From IMG/VR virus record IMGVR_UViG_3300046542_000248, positions 182,902 through 246,901 of that record: a stretch of 64,000 nucleotides of DNA; one strand, written 5' to 3'. Made by a program: the position numbers and the translations under genes. Shown here piece after piece: positions 1-9,644 of the stretch (the first letter of the stretch is position 1; the number at the start of each line of letters is the position of its first letter). Under the pieces are notes generated by a model, which ran no database searches, was not told the origin of the DNA, and worked only from the letters and a program-made list of their open reading frames with translations.

Positions 1-195
1 GTGTGGCTTAAAGAAAATTGGAAAGCCCTCTTTAATGAGGAACCTGTTGATATTAGGACTGAAATAGCCGAGACTCTAGTGAGATTCGGCTATAATACTT
101 ACACAGATTCTATCGGAGATAAGATCATAGCTATTATGAATATTAGCGGTGAGTCTGTAGAGCAAACTGTAAAATCTATATTAGGGGTGAGCTAA
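1..195 (+). CDS. hypothetical protein, WLKxxWK tandem paralog 1 (possibly 5'-truncated)
   Basis: WLKENWK start and LGY motif shared with the next two ORFs. Confidence 0.6.
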   Translation: MWLKENWKALFNEEPVDIRTEIAETLVRFGYNTYTDSIGDKIIAIMNISGESVEQTVKSILGVS

Positions 196-492
196 ATGAT
201 TAGAGTATGGCTTAAACCTGATTGGAAGCAAATTCTTGGAGAAAAAGTTGCAATAGTCCAAATAGCGGGTGGGAATGTAGTTTCATACGAAAGCCCACCC
301 AATATAAGATTAACTATCATTGACCATGATAGTCTTCAAGAAGAAATTCCTGAAGTTCTTGATGATTTAGGTTATAAGTACAATGATGATGAAGACTTCT
401 TATCTGATTTACACGATGATGTAGTTCATGTCATTGCTAAGACTGGAAATGAGGATATCAAAAGTATTATTAAAGATATCCTAAAATTATAA
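196..492 (+). CDS. hypothetical protein, tandem paralog 2
   Basis: MIRVWLKPDWK; SD ggggtgag; aligns with 508..855. Confidence 0.75.
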   Translation: MIRVWLKPDWKQILGEKVAIVQIAGGNVVSYESPPNIRLTIIDHDSLQEEIPEVLDDLGYKYNDDEDFLSDLHDDVVHVIAKTGNEDIKSIIKDILKL

Positions 493-507
493 TCTGGAGG
501 ATGATCT

Positions 508-855
508 ATGTTTAGAGTGTGGTTAAAAGATAACTGGAAAGAGATCTTTGCAAGTAAAACGGTAATAATTGAAATTGCAGATGGAGAAATTGCAGATTTC
601 GAAATTCCCGAACACATGGATCTTATCGTTATCAATCACGATAATTTATATGATGATCTACCAATTGCATTAGAAAATTTAGGATATGAAGATTCTGTTA
701 CTATGGCTCAAGAGATACATGATTTAGTTGCTGACGTTATGCGAGAAACTCAGAATGAAAATCTCGAAGCGGCAATAAAAGCTGTTCTTGCTGAGCATTA
801 TATTGAAATAGATGATGAGGATGAAGAGGTTCTCATCACAATTGTTGAAGATTAA
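508..855 (+). CDS. hypothetical protein, tandem paralog 3
   Basis: MFRVWLKDNWK; SD ggagg; acidic. Confidence 0.75.
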   Translation: MFRVWLKDNWKEIFASKTVIIEIADGEIADFEIPEHMDLIVINHDNLYDDLPIALENLGYEDSVTMAQEIHDLVADVMRETQNENLEAAIKAVLAEHYIEIDDEDEEVLITIVED

Positions 856-953
856 TGTATTAAGGCTATGGGAGTGTACTCATAGCCTTGTTTATATTAT
901 TATTTATTTCCCCTTGGAATATAGATAAATACTAACTGAAAAGAGGTAATTGA

Positions 954-2405
954 ATGTCATATGGCATGGATTCTCACATGGAAGAAGCATTATTAAAACT
1001 GGTAAACGAAAAACTGGATAAGAAAGATCAGCTCAAGATCAAGAAGTATCAAATGAGCGTACTATATGTATACGACCCAACCATTATCAAACAAATCTTG
1101 AAAGCCTGTAAATTCAAGGATGTTGGTAATATTTATGACTATCCGAAAGTATTCCCTAAGATGCGGATGGTTAACGGCTTCGATCTTACTGCCAATTTTG
1201 AATCATTCTTACGGATTGGCGTATCCAAGAAATTAAACACGGCGGTTATCTATAACTTCCAAGAGTATTCGTACTATTGTGTCTTCATGATTGACACTAA
1301 GATGCTCAAGAAGTTCGCCAAAGTCACTAAGCCGATCATTCAACAAGATTTATCTCAAATCAATATTTTCCAAGACGTTAGCTTCAAATGCAAACCTGGA
1401 CAATATCTTGAGGTATCTAAAGCGATCGGTAATCAAACAAAACCAGTTAATGCCGTTAAGAAAACTGTCTCTGATGAGAAGCTTGTCTTCGAAGAGAAGT
1501 CAGTTGTAAGTGAAGTTTTGGATGATATCACAAATTTCTTTACCGACGAAACCAAAGACTTCTATAAGAAAATGGATATTCCATTTAAACGTGGTTCTAT
1601 TCTTCATGGGCCGCCAGGAACAGGAAAATCTGCCGCTGTTCGTGAATTGATTCGTCGAATCGGTTCCGACGTTAGTAAAATCATTATCAGTCCAAACGTG
1701 GGATATGAGATTACGCATATCTTAGCATCAATGCTTCGTGCCTTGGACGGCAAGCCTGCAATTATCATTATTGAGGATATGGATTCTCTCATCAATGAAG
1801 AGAATCGCTCCGAGTTCCTCAATATCCTTGATGGTGTAGATGTTAAATCTGGTTCCTACATTATCGGTACTACAAACTACCCTGAACGTATTGACCCTGC
1901 ATTCGTTAATCGGTCTGGTCGATTTGATCGTGCATTTAAGATCGACAATCCGACACATGCAACTAGAAAACTCTTCTTTGAGAGTAAGAATCTTAAAGAG
2001 GTTTTCAATACTGAAGAGGACATTGCTGAGATCTTCGCTAAGTTTACTGAAGGTCTTCCAATGGCTACATTGAAAGAAGTTATCACAACTGCAAAGTACA
2101 CTCTTGCAGGTAATCCAAAACTGACTGTGACAGAAGCTGTCGAAGGTGCTACCAATAAGTTGAAATCCGACAAAGTGAAGCATATCGACGCTCACAAGCA
2201 GTTTAAGAATAAGAAGAAGAAAAATAAATTTGGATTCCAATCCAATGATGATGATGATGTGGAAGAGTTCGATACAGACAGCCTCGATGTTGTAACTGCG
2301 GCTACTGTTGAAGCGGTCAAAGTTGCTGGTAATGAAAAAGCAACTGGCTATATCAAGATCGTGAAGAAGGAAAACGCAGAAGTTGTCTTCGCTATGATTC
2401 CTTAG
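954..2405 (+). CDS. AAA+ ATPase
   Basis: Walker A GPPGTGKS, Walker B IIIIEDMD, sensor TTNYPERIDPAF, SRH RSGRFD. Confidence 0.92.
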   Translation: MSYGMDSHMEEALLKLVNEKLDKKDQLKIKKYQMSVLYVYDPTIIKQILKACKFKDVGNIYDYPKVFPKMRMVNGFDLTANFESFLRIGVSKKLNTAVIYNFQEYSYYCVFMIDTKMLKKFAKVTKPIIQQDLSQINIFQDVSFKCKPGQYLEVSKAIGNQTKPVNAVKKTVSDEKLVFEEKSVVSEVLDDITNFFTDETKDFYKKMDIPFKRGSILHGPPGTGKSAAVRELIRRIGSDVSKIIISPNVGYEITHILASMLRALDGKPAIIIIEDMDSLINEENRSEFLNILDGVDVKSGSYIIGTTNYPERIDPAFVNRSGRFDRAFKIDNPTHATRKLFFESKNLKEVFNTEEDIAEIFAKFTEGLPMATLKEVITTAKYTLAGNPKLTVTEAVEGATNKLKSDKVKHIDAHKQFKNKKKKNKFGFQSNDDDDVEEFDTDSLDVVTAATVEAVKVAGNEKATGYIKIVKKENAEVVFAMIP

Positions 2406-2423
2406 TCAACCATCATAAACAAC

Positions 2424-2466
2424 GACTACCTATATGTAAAAGTATAGGTAGTCTTATTTTTTTTTT
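2424..2466 (+). terminator. intrinsic terminator
   Basis: stem gactacctata/tataggtagtc followed by a T run. Confidence 0.85.
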
Positions 2467-2490
2467 GCCGCAAGTAGTAGCGTATATAGG

Positions 2491-2500
2491 TATATATTAT
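2491..2500 (+). promoter_or_regulatory. putative early (virion RNAP) promoter TATATATTAT
   Basis: motif recurs in ~10 intergenic positions upstream of accessory genes; resembles the phiKZ early TATATTAC core. Confidence 0.7.
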
Positions 2501-2572
2501 TGATGAGTATAAGATAGAAATATAATCTATCTCATAACTCTGCTAAACATATGAAGGAGAGCTGCTAATCTT

Positions 2573-3019
2573 ATGATTACAACGACAGTAACAGCAATTG
2601 CTACACAAAAAATGGTGGATATGGAATTCGTATTCCCTACAACGGATTATGCAAAACCGATTGAATTCAAGTATGAACATGCTGAAGAATTGAAAAAAGT
2701 TTTAGCGTTCCTAGCTGAGAGAGAAGAAATTATCGTGCATGATGATCATAATAGCGGCACTGATACTCGTAAGCTTTCGGCTATTGTGGTTCTTGCAACT
2801 GGTCATATCTGTGAATCATTTACAACTTCACGTCACTGTTTAAATCCTGTATATATTGATGACGCGAATAATAATTTGCATCTTTCAACTCTATCTTGTG
2901 CAGGTAATATTTATACAACTGACGATCCTAAGTATTATCGTAATGCAATCGCTGAATACAATAAAGGCATGCTTGGTTGGATGCCTAGTAAAAGAATTAT
3001 CGCTTACAAAATATTCTAA
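2573..3019 (+). CDS. hypothetical early protein
   Basis: 148-aa ORF, SD gaaggag, downstream of early motif. Confidence 0.7.
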   Translation: MITTTVTAIATQKMVDMEFVFPTTDYAKPIEFKYEHAEELKKVLAFLAEREEIIVHDDHNSGTDTRKLSAIVVLATGHICESFTTSRHCLNPVYIDDANNNLHLSTLSCAGNIYTTDDPKYYRNAIAEYNKGMLGWMPSKRIIAYKIF

Positions 3020-3041
3020 TTAGAGAAAAGGATGATAACCC

Positions 3042-3353
3042 ATGAAAAACTTTATCAAAGAAGCAATTAAACTTATATATATTAAATTCGGATATTTCTT
3101 AATGATCCTTCTTGGTCTTAGTATTATCTTTAACAGAACTTCTGAAATCAATGGCTGGATTGGAATGCCAATCGTAGTTATCATTATGCTAACTGCATTA
3201 TTCACTATGGTGATGGTTGAGTTTAATGATGATAAAGATTCATTCACAGTTAGATTCCTTAGAAGATTCACAAAGATAGATGTACTGCTTGCTTGTGTAT
3301 TAATAATCTTCTACATAGGCGCTTGTAATGGCTGGGTAGATATGGTACAATAG
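3042..3353 (+). CDS. small membrane protein (about 3 TM)
   Basis: hydrophobic segments; SD aaaggatg. Confidence 0.7.
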   Translation: MKNFIKEAIKLIYIKFGYFLMILLGLSIIFNRTSEINGWIGMPIVVIIMLTALFTMVMVEFNDDKDSFTVRFLRRFTKIDVLLACVLIIFYIGACNGWVDMVQ

Positions 3354-3394
3354 ATTCATAGGAAAGAGTTACCGCAAGTAGTGGGCTTCACAGC

Positions 3395-3404
3395 TATATA
3401 TTAT
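3395..3404 (+). promoter_or_regulatory. putative early promoter TATATATTAT
   Basis: exact motif; flanks duplicated with 2467-2531. Confidence 0.7.
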
Positions 3405-3473
3405 TATTGGGTATAAGATAGAAATATAATCTATCTTAACTATAAACTAACTAGCCTTAAGGAGGCAAACAAA

Positions 3474-3941
3474 ATGAAAATCACTATTAACAAAACAGAA
3501 ATGGTAAAAATCAACGGACTGGTAAAAACAATCTTTGAAAAGGTAGTCGCTGATCTTGGATTAACGGCAGGAATTGAAGCTGGTGCTTTCGATGTAATCG
3601 TTGATATGTTCAACCAAGAAGGTCCGGTTGATACTGGAACTGCAATTGTCACTGTATCTGTAACTGGCGAAGAATTAACAGTTGAAATCAAGGAAGAGTT
3701 CCTTGATAACTACTTAGAATTAATGAACGACATTGCAACTGACGTGCTGGCATTTGCAGTTACACATAAAGAAATCCTAATGCTTGGTGCTAGAAAAGCT
3801 GTAAACTCAATCGTTGGAAAAATGAGAGCGGTAGTAATGTCCACAATGTACAAATACTTCTTGCCAATCATGGAACCAGGTAAAGCGCTTATGGTTACAG
3901 TTCAAGGAAGATTCGAGAAGTTCGTTGAGAAATGCCTATAA
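3474..3941 (+). CDS. hypothetical early protein
   Basis: 155 aa; strong SD taaggagg. Confidence 0.75.
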   Translation: MKITINKTEMVKINGLVKTIFEKVVADLGLTAGIEAGAFDVIVDMFNQEGPVDTGTAIVTVSVTGEELTVEIKEEFLDNYLELMNDIATDVLAFAVTHKEILMLGARKAVNSIVGKMRAVVMSTMYKYFLPIMEPGKALMVTVQGRFEKFVEKCL

Positions 3942-3959
3942 TATCGCATTCATAAAATG

Positions 3960-3992
3960 GAGAATGGGACTTCGGTTCCATTCTCTTTATTT
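3960..3992 (+). terminator. intrinsic terminator with cUUCGg loop
   Basis: gagaatggga-cttcgg-ttccattctc-tttattt. Confidence 0.85.
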
Positions 3993-4038
3993 AATTTAAA
4001 ATTTTTTCTACGTTCCACGAGTCGAAAGTCGTATAAAA

Positions 4039-4048
4039 TATATATTAT
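4039..4048 (+). promoter_or_regulatory. putative early promoter TATATATTAT
   Basis: exact motif after a terminator. Confidence 0.65.
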
Positions 4049-4164
4049 TATAGAGTATCCCACATAGATGATTAATGCCATCTTAATTTATTTTATCAGA
4101 TGGACCAATAATCCAGAGATACTGGTGAGGTTTATGAAAGGAATCTATTGTGGGTGATTTAGCT

Positions 4165-4482
4165 ATGAAGTACGAGTTTAAAGGTATTGATTTTGATATT
4201 GATGAAGAGAAAGATGAGAATGGAGTTGTAGTATTTTCATGTATTAACGAAGCACATATACATCCAGTATTTCTCCGTACAAACAATGTAAACATGTTTC
4301 AGTACAAAATTGGAGATGGAGATGACGACGAAGTTGAATGGGGTTGCTGCACAAGCAAGACTCAACTTGTAGAAAATTTTATAGATGCCGCTAATATATG
4401 TGATAGACTAGATGGTGATTTCACTATTCCTAGTTGGTATGATAGCACTGATGCTTTACTGCATTACATAGAGTGGGTATGA
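4165..4482 (+). CDS. hypothetical acidic protein
   Basis: start moved to the ATG after ggtgat. Confidence 0.65.
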   Translation: MKYEFKGIDFDIDEEKDENGVVVFSCINEAHIHPVFLRTNNVNMFQYKIGDGDDDEVEWGCCTSKTQLVENFIDAANICDRLDGDFTIPSWYDSTDALLHYIEWV

Positions 4483-4592
4483 CTCACTTAGAGGAGAGAT
4501 ATAATTCTCTCCTCTTTATTTTTTATAGACAAGGAAAAATTAATTTTGTCCAAAACTTTCTATTAGAAAGTAAACTTAAAGGAGTGAAATAT

Positions 4593-4907
4593 ATGTTAAT
4601 GAAGCCACGCCCATGTGCTTATTGTGATTCTCTTGCATATGCAATTGATCCTATTAGATTTTGGATGACCCACAGATATGATGGCTTCTTTAATTCTACA
4701 AGACGAATAGCTTTACCATATGCTGGCTGTTCACGTTGCCATAGAAAAGTAACTGGTATGACTAAGGATGAAGCTATTAAAAATTGGAATAAAATAACAA
4801 ATTTCATAGCACCATTACTTTATAATAATTCGCATAGTTATTTCAATAATCTACGTAAAGCAGGAGGTCTATATGGAAGCTATACTTCATTCATGCCCGT
4901 TCTGTGA
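4593..4907 (+). CDS. Lar-like (restriction alleviation) zinc-finger protein
   Basis: PCAYCD...CSRC...TKDEAIKNWN pattern; SD aaggag before ATG 4593. Confidence 0.65.
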   Translation: MLMKPRPCAYCDSLAYAIDPIRFWMTHRYDGFFNSTRRIALPYAGCSRCHRKVTGMTKDEAIKNWNKITNFIAPLLYNNSHSYFNNLRKAGGLYGSYTSFMPVL

Positions 4908-5229
4908 TTTTAGTGCAGAGATTAAAAAGACCATAGATCTATATGCAGATAATCCGCATTTATTTGTGCAAGATAGATCTAGAAAATTTGTTATTCATTG
5001 TACTAATTGTAAAGTGGAAATGTTTGGATCATCCAAGGAAGCATTAATTGAAACATGGAATAATCAACGAGATAGAATATCAATGCTACAATATGCAAAT
5101 TTACGCACTCATTTCCAAAAATTAATTAAAGAAGTCCTTGGACTTGATTACTATAATGAGGGAATGGATGTTTATATGTGCGATGAATTTTCATGTCGTG
5201 ACATTAAACAAAAATTAAAGAAGAAGTAA
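4873..5229 (+). CDS. Lar-like zinc-finger protein with C-terminal extension
   Basis: SCPFCD...CTNC...SKEALIETWN. Confidence 0.7.
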   Translation: MEAILHSCPFCDFSAEIKKTIDLYADNPHLFVQDRSRKFVIHCTNCKVEMFGSSKEALIETWNNQRDRISMLQYANLRTHFQKLIKEVLGLDYYNEGMDVYMCDEFSCRDIKQKLKKK

Positions 5230-5240
5230 ACCTTTATATG
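5229..5240 (+). promoter_or_regulatory. putative nvRNAP promoter, AACC-N6-TG class
   Basis: AACC tttata TG, 23 nt before the SbcC start. Confidence 0.55.
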
Positions 5241-5263
5241 ATCTTGGGAGAGGGTGAATATAA

Positions 5264-7990
5264 TTGTATCGTTTAAAGACCTTCGAAGCTAATAACTTTA
5301 TAGGATTTTATAATGGTCTGAGTAAGAAGAAAATTACTTTAGATCTTAGTCGTTTTAGAGACAAATCTGTTTTTGTTATCATTGGTGCAAATACCAAAGG
5401 AAAGTCAACACTAGCATCTATTCTTCATCCATTCTCTGGCACTACTGATAATCGTGATAAATTTATCAGAGAAGAGAAAGAAGGATATAAGCTATTAGTT
5501 TATGAAGATATGTATGACGAAAGTCGTCAGATAAAAATAAAGCATGTTTATATTCCTAATAAGTCTGGCTCTCATTCTACCAAATCATACATATTTAAGA
5601 TTGAAAATGGTGAGGAGCTGGATTTAAACCCTAATGGTAATGTATCATCATTTCTATTAGCGGTAGATCAAGAGTTCGGTATTGATCAGGATTTCCTGAG
5701 ACTATCCACTCAAAATGAAGATATGGTTGGTTTAGTTAAAATGACTGGAGCCAATCGTAAAGATCATATCTATAAATTTGTACCTAAAGCTGATGACAGT
5801 ACAATTTATCAACGAATTATTACCAAGAAGCATAGGGATGTGGCTTCATTCCTCAAATCAATTATTGACAAACTTGGTAAGATGGACGATGAAGTCACTG
5901 TTAGTGAAAAACTGAAAGAGATTGAGACTGCTACAAATGAACTCGTTGAGAAGCGAGATAAAACTATAGGAAAGATTAACAAGTACCAAGCAGAATTAGA
6001 TCAGATTGATCCTGATGGTAAACTTGAGTCTGACTATAAGGAAATCAAATCTACATTGAAAGATCTTGAGAGAACTCAAGAGAAACTATTATCCAGACTT
6101 GAAGGGATTCGAGAAAGATTTAGTATTGAATCTCTGATGGAATGTGATAAGAAACTGAATGATATCATTGCTACTCGTAATAAAGCATGGGAGCAATTGA
6201 TTGATCTTAGATCACGATTAAACTCGAAGAAGTATCTGAAGTCAACTCTATTAGACCAGATTACTGAAAAGGAATCATTCCTAAATCAGATATCTGGAGA
6301 TTATTCCAAATCAGATCTTGAAAAGTTGATGGATGAATACATTGCGACAGTTAAGAACTTTGACTCCAGAACTAAGAAGCTTAATAGCTCTTTGTCTGCT
6401 GATGATTTAAGACAAGGTATTACTGTCATTGAAAATCTCAGAGAATTTATGGTTGATGTTTATAATAACTGTGACAGTGCATCTATGCTTGAAGAAGCTA
6501 TTGGATACATATTCACAAATAAGCTTGAAGCTAAATATGCTGATACTAAAGAAAAGCATGATAAGATTAGGGAGAAAGTCGAAGGACTAACTTCCAATAT
6601 CACAAAACTATCTGCTTTTGAACACATGAAAAACAGTATAAGTAAACGTCCAAAAGACTGTACTATTGATTCATGTGAGTTCCTACAAGACTATCACAAG
6701 TGGATTCAAATTGATAAGAAGATTAAACAGTTTGAGTCTGATCTTGGTGAAGTTGATTCTGATTATAAAGATTTGATGGATAAAGTAAAGCGATATGCTG
6801 AGATGATCAATGTAAAAGGTAAAGTTGAAAACCTTGTGAATATCTACAAGAGTCAGCATTATCTTATTTCTAAGCTACCGTTCAATGACTCATTCTCTAC
6901 TCAAGAGAAACTTTTAAAGATCCTAGAGAAGTATAACTCAATCGAGAATGTAGAGAATCAATACTACGACTTGATTGAGATTCTTCAGGATAAGGCTGAG
7001 TATGAAGAAATTAAGAATATCAAAATTCCTAAGATTAAGATTGAGCTTGAGAAGTTTGATACTAATAAGAATATGATAGACACTATTAAGAAAGATCTTA
7101 CATCTCTAAATAGCAAGTATGATGAGGTATTTGCAGATATTAAGAAAGAAGATAAAGAGCTAGAAGACCTTGAAGAATTATATGAGGAACTTAACTCTAA
7201 GTCTGAAACTCTTACTGAAGCCAGAGATCAATTTGTTAAGCTTCAAGATGGTAAAGACAGCATCATTAAACTCTCTGATAAGTTTGATTCTATTAAGAAT
7301 AAAACTACTCGGATTGATGAGCTGCATGAGAATCTTGATGAGAAGAAAGATAAACTCAAAAGTATTGATTCTAAACTAAAACCTTTAACTACTGAGAGGG
7401 ACAAGTATAAGTATCAAGAAATCCGAATAAGAGAATATAATCTTGAAAAGGAAGTTCTTGAACAAAACTTTAAGATTATTGGCTTAATCAGAAAAGCACT
7501 ATCTACTGATAAGGGTATGGCTGTAAGTCTATTGAATATGTATGTGGATGAAATCAGAAGAACAGCAAATCTCTTACTTAGTGAGACATTTGATGGTACT
7601 CTACATCTACATCCGTTTAATATTGATGAGAAGGAGTTTGCAATTCCATTTAGTCATAATGGAGAAACTGTAGATGATATCTCTAAAGGTTCCACATCAG
7701 AAAGAGCATTTATGTCAACCTGTCTATCAATGTCACTTATCGAGCAAGTAATTGCTGAGTATGGTATATTGACACTAGATGAAGTTGATGCTGGATTCTC
7801 TGAGCAGAATAAAGCAGTATACTGTAATATTCTGATGAAACAAATCAAACGTATTGGAATCTCTCAGGTCTTCATGATTACTCATGCTAGACAGTACTAT
7901 GAGAACTACAAAGATTCTGTATGCTTCATCCTGTTCCCTGAACATGGTATGGACAAATTTGATTCAAGCAGTATGATTAAAATCGCCTAA
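5264..7990 (+). CDS. sbcC: SbcC/Rad50-like SMC ATPase
   Basis: Walker A GANTKGKST, long coiled coils, central Cys pair CTIDSC, signature SKGSTSE, Walker B LTLDEVD, H-loop MITH. Confidence 0.92.
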   Translation: MYRLKTFEANNFIGFYNGLSKKKITLDLSRFRDKSVFVIIGANTKGKSTLASILHPFSGTTDNRDKFIREEKEGYKLLVYEDMYDESRQIKIKHVYIPNKSGSHSTKSYIFKIENGEELDLNPNGNVSSFLLAVDQEFGIDQDFLRLSTQNEDMVGLVKMTGANRKDHIYKFVPKADDSTIYQRIITKKHRDVASFLKSIIDKLGKMDDEVTVSEKLKEIETATNELVEKRDKTIGKINKYQAELDQIDPDGKLESDYKEIKSTLKDLERTQEKLLSRLEGIRERFSIESLMECDKKLNDIIATRNKAWEQLIDLRSRLNSKKYLKSTLLDQITEKESFLNQISGDYSKSDLEKLMDEYIATVKNFDSRTKKLNSSLSADDLRQGITVIENLREFMVDVYNNCDSASMLEEAIGYIFTNKLEAKYADTKEKHDKIREKVEGLTSNITKLSAFEHMKNSISKRPKDCTIDSCEFLQDYHKWIQIDKKIKQFESDLGEVDSDYKDLMDKVKRYAEMINVKGKVENLVNIYKSQHYLISKLPFNDSFSTQEKLLKILEKYNSIENVENQYYDLIEILQDKAEYEEIKNIKIPKIKIELEKFDTNKNMIDTIKKDLTSLNSKYDEVFADIKKEDKELEDLEELYEELNSKSETLTEARDQFVKLQDGKDSIIKLSDKFDSIKNKTTRIDELHENLDEKKDKLKSIDSKLKPLTTERDKYKYQEIRIREYNLEKEVLEQNFKIIGLIRKALSTDKGMAVSLLNMYVDEIRRTANLLLSETFDGTLHLHPFNIDEKEFAIPFSHNGETVDDISKGSTSERAFMSTCLSMSLIEQVIAEYGILTLDEVDAGFSEQNKAVYCNILMKQIKRIGISQVFMITHARQYYENYKDSVCFILFPEHGMDKFDSSSMIKIA

Positions 7991-8008
7991 CGGTTTAATG
8001 CAATTATC

Positions 8009-8020
8009 AACATTTATATA
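8009..8020 (+). promoter_or_regulatory. putative late promoter AACA-N6-TA
   Basis: AACA tttata TA; matches the AR9 late consensus. Confidence 0.65.
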
Positions 8021-8051
8021 GATTTTAATTAAAAAAGGATGGTGATTCACT

Positions 8052-8525
8052 ATGGGCAGTAATAAAGAAGATCGTCGCAGTCCTTCAACTTCATTTATTC
8101 ACGGTATAAAAGTTCGTAAAAGCGTGGCACAAGCTGCTCCAGTGAGTGGTACTGATGCAATTGTTACATGGGATGTAGAGGATTGGGATAGTGTTGCAGT
8201 TGGTGAATCTAAATACCATAGCATTGTAACTAACACTACCCAACTGATTGCTCCTCGTGAAGGGAAGTATACTCTTAAAGCTTCCTTGGATTATGCAGCA
8301 AACGCAACAGGTCTTCGTTCTGTTGGTTACAAAGTTAATGGCGGAGCAACTCTGCTATTCACTTCTATCACAGCGGCTGCTTCGGACACGGTTGCAGGGT
8401 TTGTTGATATTGCACTTGCTGAGGGTGATTATGTTGAAATCGTGGCAAATCATACAGCAGGCGCTACTTTAGATGTTGAAGCAACTGTGCGTACATTTGC
8501 TACATTGCAATTTAACGGTTACTAA
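8052..8525 (+). CDS. beta-sandwich (C1q/TNF-like) protein, likely virion fibre or decoration
   Basis: all-beta pattern with APREGKYTLKAS and LAEGDYVEI; late promoter. Confidence 0.55.
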   Translation: MGSNKEDRRSPSTSFIHGIKVRKSVAQAAPVSGTDAIVTWDVEDWDSVAVGESKYHSIVTNTTQLIAPREGKYTLKASLDYAANATGLRSVGYKVNGGATLLFTSITAAASDTVAGFVDIALAEGDYVEIVANHTAGATLDVEATVRTFATLQFNGY

Positions 8526-8528
8526 TAA

Positions 8529-8571
8529 AATAACGGTATAGGATTAATTTCCTATACCGTTATTTTTTTTT
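8529..8571 (+). terminator. intrinsic terminator
   Basis: 15-bp stem aataacggtatagga/tcctataccgttatt plus T run. Confidence 0.85.
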
Positions 8572-8599
8572 GTTTAATGCAGATTCATAGAGTAAAGAG

Positions 8600-8609
8600 T
8601 ATATATTAT
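8600..8609 (+). promoter_or_regulatory. putative early promoter TATATATTAT
   Basis: exact motif. Confidence 0.65.
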
Positions 8610-8652
8610 TCTCCTGATATAGTAAGAATAATTAATATTAGGAGGTTTATAT

Positions 8653-9141
8653 ATGGAATATAAAGTTGAGGATTGGATTGTTGGTAAAGAAAAGATTCTA
8701 TTTATTACTGGGTATAGTGGATCAGGTAAATCTACTTTAGCTGATCAAATGGCACGAACTCATAATGCTTATCATATTGAATTGGATATGGTTAATATTA
8801 ATCTTAAGTTAATGTATGGTGAAGATGTTTATCATGGCTGGACACATCCTCAATATTCAGCAGCCGTATTTCATTGGTTAGAATTATGGTTTCTAAATGA
8901 AAGAGTTGTAGTTGAAGGTGGTCAGGTATTAAAGTTAGATTTTAATTGGGTTAGTAAGCATTCTTTTATAATAACTAAAGCTGGGATTATAAAATCTTCG
9001 GTTATGGCAATAATAAGAGATTTTAAGAAAGAGCATTGGGCTAGATATAAATCTATCACACCGTTATATCATATCAAAAAGAATCTAGTTTGGCGTAAGC
9101 GATTAGAAAGATTTATAGTATTAGCGGACACATTCCTTTAA
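8653..9141 (+). CDS. P-loop nucleotide kinase-like protein
   Basis: ILFITGYSGSGKST; VVVEGG; similar to the N-terminal half of 62303..63805. Confidence 0.8.
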   Translation: MEYKVEDWIVGKEKILFITGYSGSGKSTLADQMARTHNAYHIELDMVNINLKLMYGEDVYHGWTHPQYSAAVFHWLELWFLNERVVVEGGQVLKLDFNWVSKHSFIITKAGIIKSSVMAIIRDFKKEHWARYKSITPLYHIKKNLVWRKRLERFIVLADTFL

Positions 9142-9163
9142 CGTAAGTACAAGCCTATATAGG

Positions 9164-9173
9164 TATATATTAT
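9164..9173 (+). promoter_or_regulatory. putative early promoter TATATATTAT
   Basis: exact motif preceded by tataggta, as at 2491. Confidence 0.7.
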
Positions 9174-9218
9174 TATTGTGTAATAACTAATTATATTTGG
9201 GAGAGGAGGTGAGTATCA

Positions 9219-9278
9219 ATGGTTAAAGTAGCTCTATTCGTTATCAAAACCGCAGTAAAAGTATTGGTTAAGAAGTAA
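9219..9278 (+). CDS. 19-aa cationic amphipathic peptide MVKVALFVIKTAVKVLVKK
   Basis: below the ORF-track cutoff; very strong SD gagaggaggtgag; first ORF after an early motif. Confidence 0.65.
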   Translation: MVKVALFVIKTAVKVLVKK

Positions 9279-9355
9279 TCTCGTACATATTTATCTCTGC
9301 TATTATTGGCTTTACTCTACTAAAAATAATTCACTTAGAAAAGGATGATTATCCC

Positions 9356-9568
9356 ATGATGCAAAAATTTATCCAAACTGCTCAAAATCTACAAACTACT
9401 GCTAATACAACACAAGAGGCTGTAAAATGTTTTGCTATGTCCTGTAACATATGCTGTAAACGTGGTATTAAAATGGATTGCGATCGCTGTCCAGTTAAAG
9501 TAAGCCACGAATTGGTTGTTGCAGTATTCGCTGATCTGGAAGAATACGATAGAAACAAGAACTCATAA
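9356..9568 (+). CDS. small Cys-rich protein
   Basis: CFAMSCNICC...CDRC; SD aaaggatg. Confidence 0.7.
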   Translation: MMQKFIQTAQNLQTTANTTQEAVKCFAMSCNICCKRGIKMDCDRCPVKVSHELVVAVFADLEEYDRNKNS

Positions 9569-9644
9569 TATTATTCTATTTTACTGATAACGAACAAATC
9601 GGGAATATGGAGAAATTCTCTATGTTCCCTTTACTAAATATAAG

